Position numbers and translations under genes: made by a program
The notes under the pieces: generated by a model
Seen by the model: the letters and a program-made list of their open reading frames with translations, nothing else
The model's database searches: none
Told to the model about the DNA's origin: nothing
Assembly (NCBI RefSeq): GCF_964355755.1
Contig: NC_092678.1
Coordinates: forward strand, 8,324,422-8,388,421
Direction: 5' to 3'
Length of the DNA stretch: 64,000 nt
Origin: Antedon mediterranea
Lineage: Eukaryota; Animalia; Echinodermata
Shown: in pieces, positions 12,177 to 25,311 of the stretch
Numbering within the stretch: position 1 is the first letter of the stretch
How the letters are laid out: each line of letters begins with the position of its first letter

Positions 12177-14476
12177 CATGGAGTAAAGAATAAGAGGAGA
12201 CACAACTTGAATAGTTCAGTCAGTTCATCGTGTTTACCGCTTGCTTAAGGCTATGCTTGTAATGAGTATTTAAGGAGGTGCTAAACACTGCCGTTACGTA
12301 ACCCAATTAGCAAAGAGTACAATGTTTACTGCCCGCGGTCAATTTTGGTGTTAGTACACATGCGTATTAGGACGTCACAATACTCTTGCTAGGCGATGTG
12401 CGTTCAAGCGTGAAAGGTGTACTATATACTGTTTGTAGACCTACTGAACTTGTATTCCGACCTTGTTTATTAATTTTTATTAAAAAGCAGCGCTATATAT
12501 ATATTCTACTGGATATCTTTTATTAATAAATTAATAATACGAGTTTTATACGGCACCAATAAAGGAATTATATTTATATGGTTTACTGTGTACTAAATGT
12601 TGGTAATTTCTCCAGACAACTTATCATGAATCATGATGAATAAATGGGTTTAATAAGGACCAGTGGTGGTGCCAGCGGGGGGTTACGGGGGCTGTATCCC
12701 CTCGTCGTCTCCCCCCTCCTCCCCTCTTCCCCGTCTGGGAAACGCGAGTACTTTTCGTCGGGGAATATAATATACAGTAAAAATCATTCGCGTTCACTTC
12801 GTATAACTTCAGCGCCTAGAAAAACCGCGACGTTCCATTTTTTTTAGTACTGTACGTTGCTTGGTGGAGCGGAGAGCAATTGCACTTTGCATGCATTATT
12901 GCCAGCGATCTAATAAACAATGATTAGGTACGCACTTGTCTGGCGGTTCCCCTTTGTACGAATTGTTTAACATTTGACCTGCTCCATTGCGGTTTACGTG
13001 TGATATCATGTTCCATCCAGGGACCAGAATGTGTACTGTACTAGTTACTTTCCAGGCGAAGTTTACAGCCGCATCAGTCGTGATCGACGTACGCAATACA
13101 GCAAAAGGGTACGAATAATGTTGGCGATCTATTGTTCGTATGTCCGATTTTTTAATTTTACGATTAACCGCTATGTACCGAACTGTACATAATCCTTTTA
13201 TACAATGGCTTATAATTACAAAAGAGCATAGACTATATTTGTAATTGAATTTTTAACCAACACATATCATTTGTAGTTGTTGTTACGGGTTGATACTAAA
13301 CAAATATTCTCGTAGTACCGTACCATTTTATACCATATTATATAATATTATAATAACGACCAACCGAAAACTAAAACTAATTGATTAATTTCTTCTTTAA
13401 TAAAATATTACTACTATTTGTTTTCTAACGTTATTACAATTATTAATATATTAATATAGACCTACATAAAAAAAACCTATTATTATTATTGATATTGTTT
13501 ATTGTTACTATAGGCGCGCCTATGCCTGAACCTATTAGGCCTACCGGTTACGGTATGCACTAAATATGTCCATCATTATGGGATTAAATATTATGCTTAT
13601 TTAGGCTATTTATTAAATAATAATATATTACGAACTACTAGGCCTATGTGTAGCCACAAATCGTTAAACGATATATAATTTAAGTCCTACAAGTTCACTG
13701 AACTCTAAGTATGTGATCGTAAAAATCATATATTTTATGATATTAATATCATAAATAATTTAATTATACAATATCAGACTAAAATAGAAGAATGTTAGTT
13801 TTGCTAAACAGTCATAATATAGACTGAAACATAAATTAAATGTCATATACAGTAATAAAAATAAGAAATTGTGTCGTTGGAATTCTACTATACGTATATT
13901 TTTGAATATTCATGAGAACAAATTATATAATTTTTTTCATGCGCGCATTTGCGCGCACTAAAATGTGATTTTAAAATAAGTTGGAGTCTTTAATATGCTA
14001 CAAAATGCACTAGGGTTCGTAAATTAAAAAGTTGCTTAAACGGTAAAATTTCGATTTACCAAATGATACGTCTATGGCTTGATAAAAAATATGATTAATT
14101 TGTTAGCTGGTATAAAAACTGCGATATCTCCGTGAAAATTTACTCGATTTTTAAACGGTTTTTTCGAGAAAAAAGCTCAAAGAACAATGAACAACTGCAC
14201 AAAGGTCATGCTTCACTATGATGTATTAGAAACTACTGCGCAGCCTCTGTTTACTTTTTTTGTCACCGATGTCATGCCTGGCTTCTTCCTTAATTAGGGT
14301 GTTACGTAATCAGAGCCGACTCTGCAGCGAGCTGCACGGGTAAACAGGATGTTCTTCAAAGGATCGTTATGGGAAGTTTATTACCCTATGCTTAAGCACT
14401 ACCGCACAGCGTGATACTAATTGGATTAACTGGATAGCTAGGCCGAGTTGTGCCTCCTCTTATTCTTTACTCCATG
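12177..14476. mobile_element. Non-autonomous P-superfamily (P/Galileo-like) DNA transposon
   Basis: 31-bp TIRs CATGGAGTAAAGAATAAGAGGAG(A/G)CACAACT with one mismatch. Perfect 7-bp TSD GTAAAAT at 12170-12176 and 14477-14483. No transposase ORF seen inside. Confidence 0.8.
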
Positions 14477-16429
14477 GTAAAATTAAGATTGAATACGAAT
14501 TAACATATAAAATGTAATGTTATCTTTATAGAAAGTGCAAATGAATCATATTTATATGCTTTGGAATACAAATTTGTGTTTCAATTACCTGGAATTGTTT
14601 AGGTACCTGGAATATCTACCTGTATTTTATTTCTTTTATTTTAATGTTTTTATTTGCAAATCAATTTTTAAATTATTTACATTTAAATGTTTATCATTGG
14701 ACAGAGATAGAGAATTTAATACCTAGCTTTAGAAACACTTCTTCATCAGAGTGAATAAATATATTAGGAGCCCTAGTGGTAATAATAATAGGCCTACAAT
14801 GTGTATGCCTATATAATCGATTACGTATGGTTTATTTCTAAATGGGTAATACAGTACAAGAGAATAGGTAGTATGGCTTTCAATCAATCAATCAATCAAT
14901 ATTTATTGTTATCAATAATATTATACAAACAGTCGATCTGTATACAATGAATACGGTACCAGTAGGCCTACATTATAGGAATTTGAGTACAAGTATGTTT
15001 TACTGAAAAATACCAATTATTGTTTAATTATCTATTAATTTTAATAATTTAATAATAACTAATTATTATATTATGCTTGTAACACTCTGAACTTTCGTGA
15101 ATTCACCGTAATTTTATATGCCATGATTATGTAATTGTGAATGCCGGTGATAATATTAATAACAATATATTGATAATATTAATTATGCCGATGAGTTCAT
15201 TATTGGTAAGGAAAAAATATCAGTGGGGTCGAGGCCTACTTTACCCCCTTTTATACTACCCTTACAAAAAATGTTATAGAACTCTACTAATCTATAGAAG
15301 TTTAGAATTCTATGTTAATCTATAGAAACAGATACTTCTATAGGATTGAATTTACAGATTTTAGCCCTAGAGTTTTATAGAAATTGCTTTATAGAAAATA
15401 TTGAAATTACAGAAGAATTGCTATCATTTATTCATAAATCATATATTGTTTGCCAACAACAATACTGTATACTGTAAAATTTGCATTATAACTTGACTGG
15501 GGTTTACCAAGATTATTATTTATGGGTACGGGTTGGTTTGGGTACGAGATGACCAGCATCCATTCATGAATGGGTCTACACAGGCGCGCGTAAGCCTCCT
15601 CCTGATTCCAGCTCAGTGTTTACAGTCATGTCATGCCAAAACTCACTCCAAATAAATGTATTAACAATTAAAAAGATCCAAAAACAGTATGAAAACATCA
15701 TATTAATTTTTAACTTTGTATAATAAAGACAAAAAAGAAGTTTGTTTGATGTTTTTTGTGGCTTATTTTTACAATTTATTGCCGAAAACACCATTTTCGT
15801 TAGGCTTTGCCATTGCGCTCCTCATCATGTTTCAGATTCGTCTATCCCTACTCGTCGTGAGAGGCGCCCTATCTCGAGCGGTTCTCTAATAATTTTTGAG
15901 CGAAGTGTAACATCTTCCTACTACCATACCTACACTATCTATCTTTGCCGATTCTAGCCTATTTGAAAGAGTTTCTTCAAAGAGGCTATGCTACTAGGCC
16001 TAGGCTAATAAAAATCCCATTAACTCGACCTAGGCCTAGACAAGACTAGCCTAGCCGTGTCTCATCTGGGTCTTGTACTGTGTGGGCTGGGTTAGGCTTA
16101 CTAAATACTACTAGCCTACCTAGGCCTACTACTAGAAAGAGGCTAGGCATACGTACTAGCCCTTTTAGGGAGGCTAGGCTAGTACTGTACTGCTAACTAG
16201 CCTAGGCCTAGGCCTAGCTAGTTAGTTTTTAGTTAGGCCTAACCTCTAGGCTAGACTAGGCCTACTGTACTTTATCTTTACTTTTATTCTACACTATTCT
16301 AGGCCTTTCACATGCTCTTTCACAAAAAAAAGAGTCATTGTTTATCAAGTGAGTGAGGTGTACTGTAGTGTAAGGCGTTTATAAGAAGAGTACCATATTC
16401 TTCCCTGCTGGCCGTAGTAGTAGTCTGAT

Positions 16430-16451
16430 CAGGGAGTTGAACAACTCCCTG
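16430..16451. mobile_element. 22-bp palindromic P-like footprint flanked by a 7-bp TSD
   Basis: GTCTGAT-CAGGGAGTTG-AA-CAACTCCCTG-GTCTGAT. Confidence 0.6.
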
Positions 16452-16691
16452 GTCTGATCACAAGATCAGATACTGGTGGTAGCTACTTTATCCTGCCTAT
16501 CTGTTGTATTTCAACTTGTTATTCTTGTTATTATTAATTAATAAATAAATAAACAAATTTCAAATTATTTATTTCAGTACGATTGAGTCCCAATGGAAAT
16601 TTAGAAGAAAGCCTACTGTATAAAGGAAAAAAACAGCCTTTTTCTGTATTGCTGACCAGGTACACTACTGTAGGCCTATATTTGAGGAAAT

Positions 16692-19600
16692 ATGGGTTTG
16701 CGTCGATCATGGTACAACTACAGAAACTTAATATTCTTATTGCTGCTCTATTTTGTTCAGGGTATACCGTATGGACTTCAAGCACGCTTCTTGCCAATAT
16801 TTCTCCGTAGTAAAGGAACATCTCTGGCCAGTCTCGGACTCATCAAACTTTTATTACTACCATGGTTGCTGAAGATACTTTGGGCGCCGTTATTTGATTG
16901 GATGCAGTCCAAACGAAAATGGCTGTTGGCGAGCATGTTTGGACTTTTCTGCGTCTGTAGCCTTGGTTCCTGCATCTCACTGGATAACATTCTATTTCTG
17001 TGTGCAATACTGTTTCTTCTCAATGTATTTTCATCAACTCAAGATATAGCAGTAGATGGGTTTGCTATGCAGTTACTAACTCATAAGCAAGTTGGCATGG
17101 GCAATACCATTCAAGTTGTAGGGTACAAATTTGGTAGCATTTTTGGTGGCGGTGTGCTAATGTGGTTGAGCATGTACCTGTCATTAAATGGACTGTTCCT
17201 ATTTTTGTCATTCATTTATTTATTTTCAATATCTTGTATATTTCAATTTGATGTGGATGAAAAGAAAATATTAGAAATAACTGAAAATGATGGATGCACT
17301 GTAACGGAAAGTGGACAAATTATGAATTCAAAGAGGAATACGAAAGAATTTAAGCAATTAAACAAACTAACAGAAAAGGAGAATAATAGTTGTTTAAAAA
17401 ACAAGAAGGAAGCATTTGTTTGGTTGAAGAAGCTCATCCAACTGCCTGGCACTCTCTCGATAATCATTCTGGTTATTGTGTATAAATTAGGTGAGATTCC
17501 TTCCTTAATAACCTTTGTTCGTCAATGTAAATTGGAAATCAGACAATAACCACCCATACAATATAAGCACCCATACAATATAAGCACCCGGACAATAACC
17601 ACCCGGACAATAACCACCAAGACAATAACCACCCAGTCAATAACCACCCAGTCAATAACCACCCGGACAATAACCACCAAGACAATAACCACCCAGACAC
17701 TAACCACCCGGACACTAACCACCCGGACACTAACCACCCAACCCGGACAATAACCACCCGGTCAATAACCACCCGGTCAATAACCACCCGGTCAATAACC
17801 ACCCGGTCAATAACCACCCGGACAATAACCACCCGGACAATAACCACCCGGTCAATAACCACCCGGTCAATAACCACCCGGTCAATAACCACCCGGTCAA
17901 TAACCACCCTGACGCTAACCACCCGGACAATAACCACCCATACAACAGCGCTTGGTTGAAGAAGCTCATCCAACTGCCTGGCACTCTCTCGATAATAATT
18001 CTGGTTATTAGTCCAGTCAATCTAGTGATATTTAGAGGTAAACCCACCACAAATTGCAATAGTAACGAAACATTGATTTTTTTCATTCCAAATGTAGTTT
18101 AGAATGACATATTAAAAGTCACCGAAAATTGAAGCATTGGAACACATTATTTTTTACGTAATCTCAACAACTATATAGTGATTTTATTCCGTAAATGTTT
18201 TTGGGGTAGGGGTAACATTTATGCCCATAACTTGTGGTTTTATAATCCAATCTCAATAATCTTGATATCAATGTGTAGATTATATATTTATTTCTAGCAT
18301 GCAATTTAAAAAAACAAAATACAACACTTATTTATATAACTAGAGGTCAAAAGGTTATTGACCTTTTACAAAAAATCATATTTTCCTTAAAAAAATGATT
18401 AACTGTAATATCGTATGCCATAATTGTGGATGCATTTAATCAAAATTGTGTTTTTTCTGTACCTATCGATATATAAAATAGGAAACATGATGTTAACTAG
18501 AAAAATTTTAAAAGTAATGATGTACTATTCTTATTGAAATTGATTCTTGATCAAATGTAATGTAAACAATTTTGGGGTAGGGGATAGCAAATGCCTATAA
18601 TCTATTGTTTTATTATCATATCTAAATAGCTTTAGTACCAATGTGTAGAGTATATATATCCTACTAATATACATTAAAAAAACAATTAATACAACAGTTA
18701 TACGTAACTAGAGGTCAAAAGGTCATTGACCTTTTACAAAAACTCAAATTTTTCCTAACAAAATTATTAACTGCAATGTCTTATTCCATAATTGTTGATG
18801 CATTTGATGTAACTTGTGTTTTTTCTGTACCTATCGTCATATGAATTAGGAAAAATTATGTTAAGTATTTTGAATTAAGTATGTACTTTAATAAATAAAT
18901 AAATAATAATAACAATAATAAAAATAATACTATAATAATGATAAATTGTTATCAACAACAGGTAGTGTAGTACTGTAGTAGGTAACATTATTTTATGCCT
19001 GCCAATAACATCTAAATAACTACAAATGTGTATAATATGTACTGCTTACTCTAAAAACTAATTGATACAACAGTTTTTATGTAACTATAGAGGTCATTGA
19101 CCTTTTACGAAAGCTCAAATTTTCATAAAATAGCGTAAAACTAAATTATAGTTATATAATATTTTATTTATATTTTGGAAGTATTTGGTGCAAATAATGT
19201 TTTTCCTGTACCTATTCTATCCTCATGAAATAGGAAAAATAATGCTAGCTAGAAGAATGATGACTGTCGCAGCAAACAGGACAATAGTCATCTTGTCAAA
19301 TTTGCTGACGACACTGTCTTGCTGTCTCTCCTTCAAAATTCACAGGACGGTCATGGTTCCGCATTAGATAGTTTTATCCAATTTTGTGGAAACTTCTACT
19401 TGGAACTCAATGTGACCAAAACCAAGGAGACGATTGTAGATTTTGGGAAGGAGAAAGGACGCAGCCCTCTGGTATCCATCATAAATGACAAACCAGCGAT
19501 ATTGTCCATTCCTTTAAATACCTAGGTACTAGTTGAGGACAATCTCAGCTGGGAATTAAATACAGAGGCATGAATAGTAAAGAAAGGACACCAGAGACTT

Positions 19601-22600
19601 TATCTGTTAAGGAAGCTGAACCATTTTAATGTCGATAAAGTAATTCTCAGGGGATTTTTTATAATTCCTTTATTGAGAACATTTTAACTGTTTTCCTTTA
19701 TATGCTGGTTTTTTAGTCTTAGGGTCAAAGAGAGAAACTCACTACAAAGAATTGTTAACTTAAGTAAGTTCTAAATTAATAGGTCGTCAACTTTGTATTG
19801 TAGCTTATCTTCCTTCTGTGACATGCAAACTCTAGAAAAAAATTAGAGCTATTCTAAAAAATGTTAACCATGCCTTGTTCAGTGATTTCGAGCTCATGCC
19901 TCATGGGCGTCGCTTTCGATGCCCGGCATGTAGAACAAACCGGAAAAAAAAAATTTGTTTTTGCCAGTTGCCATCCGACTCTTCTTGAACTTTGACTCTT
20001 GTTATATTGTACTGTGTATTGTGATATTTTTGTATATTTTGTAGGATCATTTTAATCTAGACCTTTTTATTTGAATTGCTCCTTGTGGGATGATATTGTT
20101 AAACCCTTTTTTAAATAGAAAGGACTCACAACTTATATGTCATCAGTATCACTTTCTTGTTCGGGTATTAGTACAGTGCAATGCCATTGCATTCACCACA
20201 TGTAGTTTTACCCCTAAATGCTTCAAGGAGAATACTCGGGTGCTGGCATTAAGTCTGTGTGTAGAGGAACCATGTTTCCATCATCTGATCTTCCATCCCC
20301 AATCCTCGGTACACATATCAACCCCACTCCATTGCTAAAAGATAACTTGAACTTGAACATGATGTTAAGTACCTTGGTTGTGGTACGATTATGAAGTTGG
20401 CGATATGCGAGGTTGTAGATGGGATGGAGTCAATGGCATTCCACGTTGTCCAGGTCGTCCATTGTACAGACACACTAAATCATTTTCTCTAGCAACCACA
20501 ATGTCATCCTTTGTAGCTTGTTTGCATCTGAAGACTACAGCATAATGTAAGAAATAAGTTGCAATGACAAGCTTTTTTTTCCAATTCCGAAAACTCTGGA
20601 TGTTGTGTCAACAGTATCGCATGAGCAAACAGAAGGTTATCACAGATGTCTCTCAAAAGTACTGTTTGAACCAGTTTGATAGTCCAGCATCTCAGTTCCA
20701 GTCTAAAGAATATCACAATATGTTTTAAATACTTGTCTGCAGAGGAGCACTAGTAGATCCGTGTCATCGGATAATGACAGATATTTTCCTGTTTGCTGAT
20801 TCAATGGTTTTTGTACTATCCGAAAGAACATCTGCATCAGCAGTTGCATTCACTCATTGCCATGTTGTTCAAATACTAGTTACGAAGATTTATAAGTTGT
20901 TGTTTGTTACAGAAAGTGATCCTGTTTTGTGGAACATGTCACTGGTAAAATGTACAGGGACACTACCACCTGACACGCCTTACCATGTGCGCCGTTTTTG
21001 GTGGATGAGCTGCTTTCATAATCATCAAAGACTATGATGGCAGAGCAATATTTTTTACAGATCTCTACACTATTCCATGGAATGCTGTGCAGTAGAGCAC
21101 TACCATCCAGAATGCAGGCCTACTGGACATCATTCAGTGAGTTGGATGTTTTAGACTATTCAGAAGAAGTTGTTTCCACATGGCATCATGTTGGTTTATT
21201 AGCTGAAAGTATTGTAAGTTGGTAGTTTCAAAAAGTGCTGGTGGATAACAAAGTTCATGTTCAAAAACTTCCTTGTTGTCACCTCGAGTCTCCTCTGGAA
21301 CTGTAGGATCGATGCACACACATTTGCCTGTATGTACATATGACTTTATTGCCAGGATCTTGAATACATTGCAAGACTTTCTGGCCAAAATATTCAATGC
21401 TTAATACCACATTGCTAATATTCCGAATCAACTGCAGTAACTCCCGTATCAATGGTATGAAGTCGTATGTACACATTCCTATATCTCTTGCCAAACCTCT
21501 GGTTTTCTTTGAGGCTTCTCATAGAAACCTTTTCAATCCAGTCCAGATGGTCTGAATGTCATACAACATGGAGGTCATTGTCAAACTGCTGTTGAACATC
21601 TTTGTATTTCTACTGGTTAAAAAATCGTTAAAATACTTATACATCCCAATAAATACTGTAACCATGGCAATATAAATGCCATCTGGAAAAAATGGAATGT
21701 AGATCATCCAGAAGCAACAGGAACGGAGATGTCACTCATCTGCATCTTCAGCTGGTCATGTGTATCGCTTTGGACTGACATGTTCACCCCAGGGTATCCC
21801 TGTCTGTATACCATTGTTGATTACAGCAAAAACAACATTTTTTGCCAAAATTGACACATTATGTTGTGTTTTTCCGCAAAAATGACATTCTAAATAAATT
21901 GTTATGACTATAAGTTTGATATCAATGAATAGAAAATTTAATAAGCTTTCGGATGACATAAATCAAACTTGTATATAATGTATTTCAAATGGTTAAATAT
22001 ATGTAATTAATGGGGCATATTAATTTTGACTTTATTGACCTCTGACCCCTTGACCCAATGCTTGGATTTTCGGTGACTTTTAGTATGTCGTTCTACACTT
22101 TATATGGAATTTAAAAATACTTGGTTTGTTACTATTGCAATTTTTGGTGGGTATATCATTAGATTGACTGGACTATATTGTGTATAAATTAGGTGAGATT
22201 CCTTCCTTAATAACCTTTGTTCGTAAAATGTAAATTGGAAATCAGACAATAACCACCCATACAATATAAGCACCCGGACAATAACCACCAAGACAATAAC
22301 CACCCAGTCAATAACCACCCAGTCAATAACCACCCGGTCAATAACCACCCGGACAATAACCACCCGGACAATAACCACCCGGACAATAACCACCCGGACA
22401 ATAACCACCCGGTCAATAACCACCCGGACAATAACCACCCAGACAATAACCACCCAACCTGGACAATAACCACCCAACCTGGACAATAACCACCCAGACA
22501 ATAACCACCTGTGACACAGACAGAATATATTAATATACATAATATGTAATAACTAAAGTTCATCTTTAATAATTCTCAGTGAGTTTTATTAACATTTATT

Positions 22601-24471
22601 TATACATTTTTGTACACTAATTATATAGTGATAGTGATTTGAACCAATCTTGTTTTGTTTGTTTTCAAGGGGAGCAGGGTTGCGTGGACCAGTTTCCTTT
22701 GTATCTGGTGGACAGAGGTACACCAGCATCTACTGTTGGGTTCTGGTCTGGAGTTGTCTGTCAAGCAATGTCTATTGCTGGTTCTATACTGGGTGGAATT
22801 TATTTATCAAGGTTCAGGTAAAAAAAAAAAGATTCTGCAAAAACAAAAATAAAGCTAGTCTAGGTTGTACTGTATACTAATGTTTGTAAAAAGAGTAACA
22901 CTTTGGCACACTAGAGGTGTCATACCTGTACTTGAGCTGTTTACGAACAAAAATCAAAAGCCTTCTGGTGGTGCTTGTATCTTTACATGTATAATAACAC
23001 TACGATATACACAGTTTCAGTTCTGCCCCATCCATAAATCAATATAGTTTTTTTTAAACCGTATACTGTAAATATTTAATTCTGTACCTACATAAAACTT
23101 TGATCCAGTGATAACAGTGCCAATGTTATGTTTTGTTTTCAACAGGGTATCTCCATTATCATTCCTTCAGGTTCTATTCTATGTACGACTTGTTCCAATG
23201 ATAATTGAGTTTTGCCACACATTGCAAATCATTCAATCAGGTTAGTATTTTTAAAATAATACAGACGTACCACAATTCTTCCCGATATTTTGAGTCATCA
23301 CACTCTCACGCTAAAATACAATTCTGATTTTCTTTCTAGTATTATAAATTTATAATTCCTCGACCATTGTATTACCATCATGTAAGGGCGTGTGGCGCAG
23401 TGTGTTGGACGTTGGACTACCGATCGTCAGACCTAGGTTCGAATCCAACTCTCGCCGCATTGCTTGTATCCGTAGGCAAGATACTTTACTTACGTTGCCT
23501 CTCTCCACCCAGGTGTATAAATGGGTACCCAGTTAGATCTACACACAACTTTGCGCTGGTTACCGGCTGCATTATGGGAGTATGTTTCCATACGTGTTTG
23601 ATCCCAAAAAAAATACTGGGGTAATAATGCTTGTAAAGCGCCTTTGAGCATGATTACTCATGAAAAGCGCTATATAAATGTGGTATTATTATTATAGTAT
23701 AGTGGTAGAGTTAGATTGTAGTGGAGCTGTAATTTGGTGGTTAACATGCTTGCCTTCAAATCCAAAAGTGCAAGTTTCAATCCTGCCAAAATCAGCTGTG
23801 AATACTGCCACCACACCAACTAGTTCCTTGATAATCAACATGATGATTGTGGGAATTCATAACGATGAAGATGAAGACTTATTGCAGGACTGTAACTCCC
23901 GACTCTTTCAAAGCCTCAAATGAGACTTGCAAATTGTAAAATAGATTATCAATCCTGTAATTGGTGATTATTCTATGTATGCTTCAACACACTACAGCTT
24001 AAGCGTGGTTCCCACTATCGACGCAACGCAAGTGAATTGACCAATCACAAGCGATGGCTTATTCGCTTGTGATTGCTGTCTATAACTTCGCTTGTTATTG
24101 GTTAAAATGCTTGCGTTGCGTTTACGTCCTTGCGTTATGTTCTAGTAGTGAGAACCAAGCTTTATACTCTCTCCACAGACTTTGTAGCATTGACAGCGAT
24201 GACTGTAGCACAGCTGATAGGGGGTGCTATAACCACCACCATGTTTACGCTAATGATGCAGTGTTCCCAGAGGGCGCCGGTGAGTGTACAAGGAACACAT
24301 TACACTTTACTTGCTACGTTGGAGGTAATGGGTAAATTACTGTTTGTGTCTAGTGTTGGCTGGATGTCCGACGTTTTAGGATACCCATTTATATTTACTT
24401 TGTTTATCTTAATTTCTGCTATGACAATTCCGTTAGTGCGATTTGTGGAAATAAGAAATGATTGTAGCTGA
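16692..24471 (+). CDS. MFSD3: Major facilitator superfamily domain-containing protein 3 (AmpG/AT-1-like), 4 exons
   Basis: Exons 16692-17490, 22670-22817, 23146-23240 and 24179-24471 have GT-AG sites and consistent phases (1,2,1). Motifs include LYFVQGIPYGLQ, WLLKILWAP, TQDIAVDG, YKLGEQG and GTHYTLLATLEVMGKL. Confidence 0.9.
17541..17945. repeat. 15-bp minisatellite (GGACAATAACCACCC)n
   Basis: Direct tandem copies are visible. A second array lies at 22243-22510. Confidence 0.95.
18009..22175 (-). mobile_element. Decayed Academ DNA transposon
   Basis: Imperfect ~130-bp TIRs begin TAGTCCAGTCAATCTA, with a 3-bp TSD TAT (18006-18008, 22176-22178). The empty site is visible in the duplicate at 17470-17480. 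~370-bp subterminal repeats lie at 18200-19250. Frameshifted minus-strand coding remnants at ~20130-21750 (HELCYPPALFE, LFAHAI, EDWGW, PAPE, CGECNG) resemble the Academ XPG-like and Cys-rich regions. Confidence 0.75.
19262..20000 (+). mobile_element. Rex1/Babar-like LINE 3' fragment (decayed RT) nested in Academ
   Basis: Broken translation gives HLVKFADDTVLLSLL, LELNVTKTKETIVDF, FKYLGT, KKGHQRLYLLRKL and ELMPHGRRFR. Confidence 0.8.
22243..22510. repeat. Second 15-bp minisatellite array, part of a local duplication
   Basis: Same unit and same 5' flank (AAATTAGGTGAGATTCCTTCC...) as 17541-17945. Confidence 0.95.
23386..23695 (+). mobile_element. tRNA-derived SINE with L2-like tail
   Basis: A box TGGCGCAGTG and B box GGTTCGAATCC. 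Core GGCAAGATACTTTAC...CTCTCTCCACCCAGGTGTATAAATGGGTACC. Tail GTAAAGCGCCTTTGAG...AAGCGCTATATAAATG...(TAT)n. Confidence 0.85.
24002..24161. mobile_element. Harbinger-like MITE
   Basis: TIR AGC(G/T)TGGTT(CC/CT)CACTA with TTA on both sides. Related copies lie at ~52920-53015, ~58970-59080 and 59496-59794. Confidence 0.65.
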
Positions 24472-25311
24472 AACATTTATACCCTTGAGGAGATGACCGG
24501 ACATCATAGTATTCATTTATTCATGGTCAAACACAGTAAAATATGTACATGGTTTGAAAATATTTTTGTTTGTTCAAAGTTAAAAATTCACATAAAATTA
24601 AAAATGAGTTAAAAAGGTTAAAATTTGGTAAAATACAGATAAATCTTTTATGGATAGTTCTTCAGGAATTACTTGGTGTGATGTTTTTTCTAAAAGGAAA
24701 AAATAATGCGACCCAAAAGAGGGAACGGTTTAACCACTAAAATCATATGTTTGTACCAATATTGTTACATTAAAGTGGTTTAAGAGAAGCCGAGATAAAA
24801 GCACATCAAGGCCAGGCAATCCACATCCAGGGTACATGTCTGAGCACATGTGGTCTAGCGATTTTGGCCAAATAGCCAATGACATAATATATTTTTATAT
24901 AGATTAATTTAATTTATTTAAAATTTCTACCAGATAATTTAATTGTTTATCAAATAAAAGTGTGTTTATATTGGCATATGAAGTTGAAGATTATTATTTA
25001 GGAACTTCTAAAGAAATTCTAAAGCACTCAGTGATATACAGTACTGGAAATTATTACATATTTTTAATTAATGGTTAAGATATACAAACAATAACTTTTT
25101 TTATTAAATAAAAGTACAAAACAATATTTTCAGACATACATTTTTATTAATTTGATGAATTTACATTATAGACATTTATCAAAATGATTGAAAATGTAAG
25201 TTTTTTGTTTCTTTTAACTACAACCTTTTCTGGAGTATGCTAGGAATCAAAGGGCTCCTATGTGCTGAATTGCGAAAAAAATGTTATTTAAATTTATGAA
25301 AATTATCATTA

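Noticed and set aside
17522-18086. Repetitive ORFs (VVIDR/WLLSG)
   Set aside because: They are products of the 15-bp minisatellite.
23386-23460. tRNA gene
   Set aside because: The cloverleaf is imperfect and continues into a SINE core and tail.
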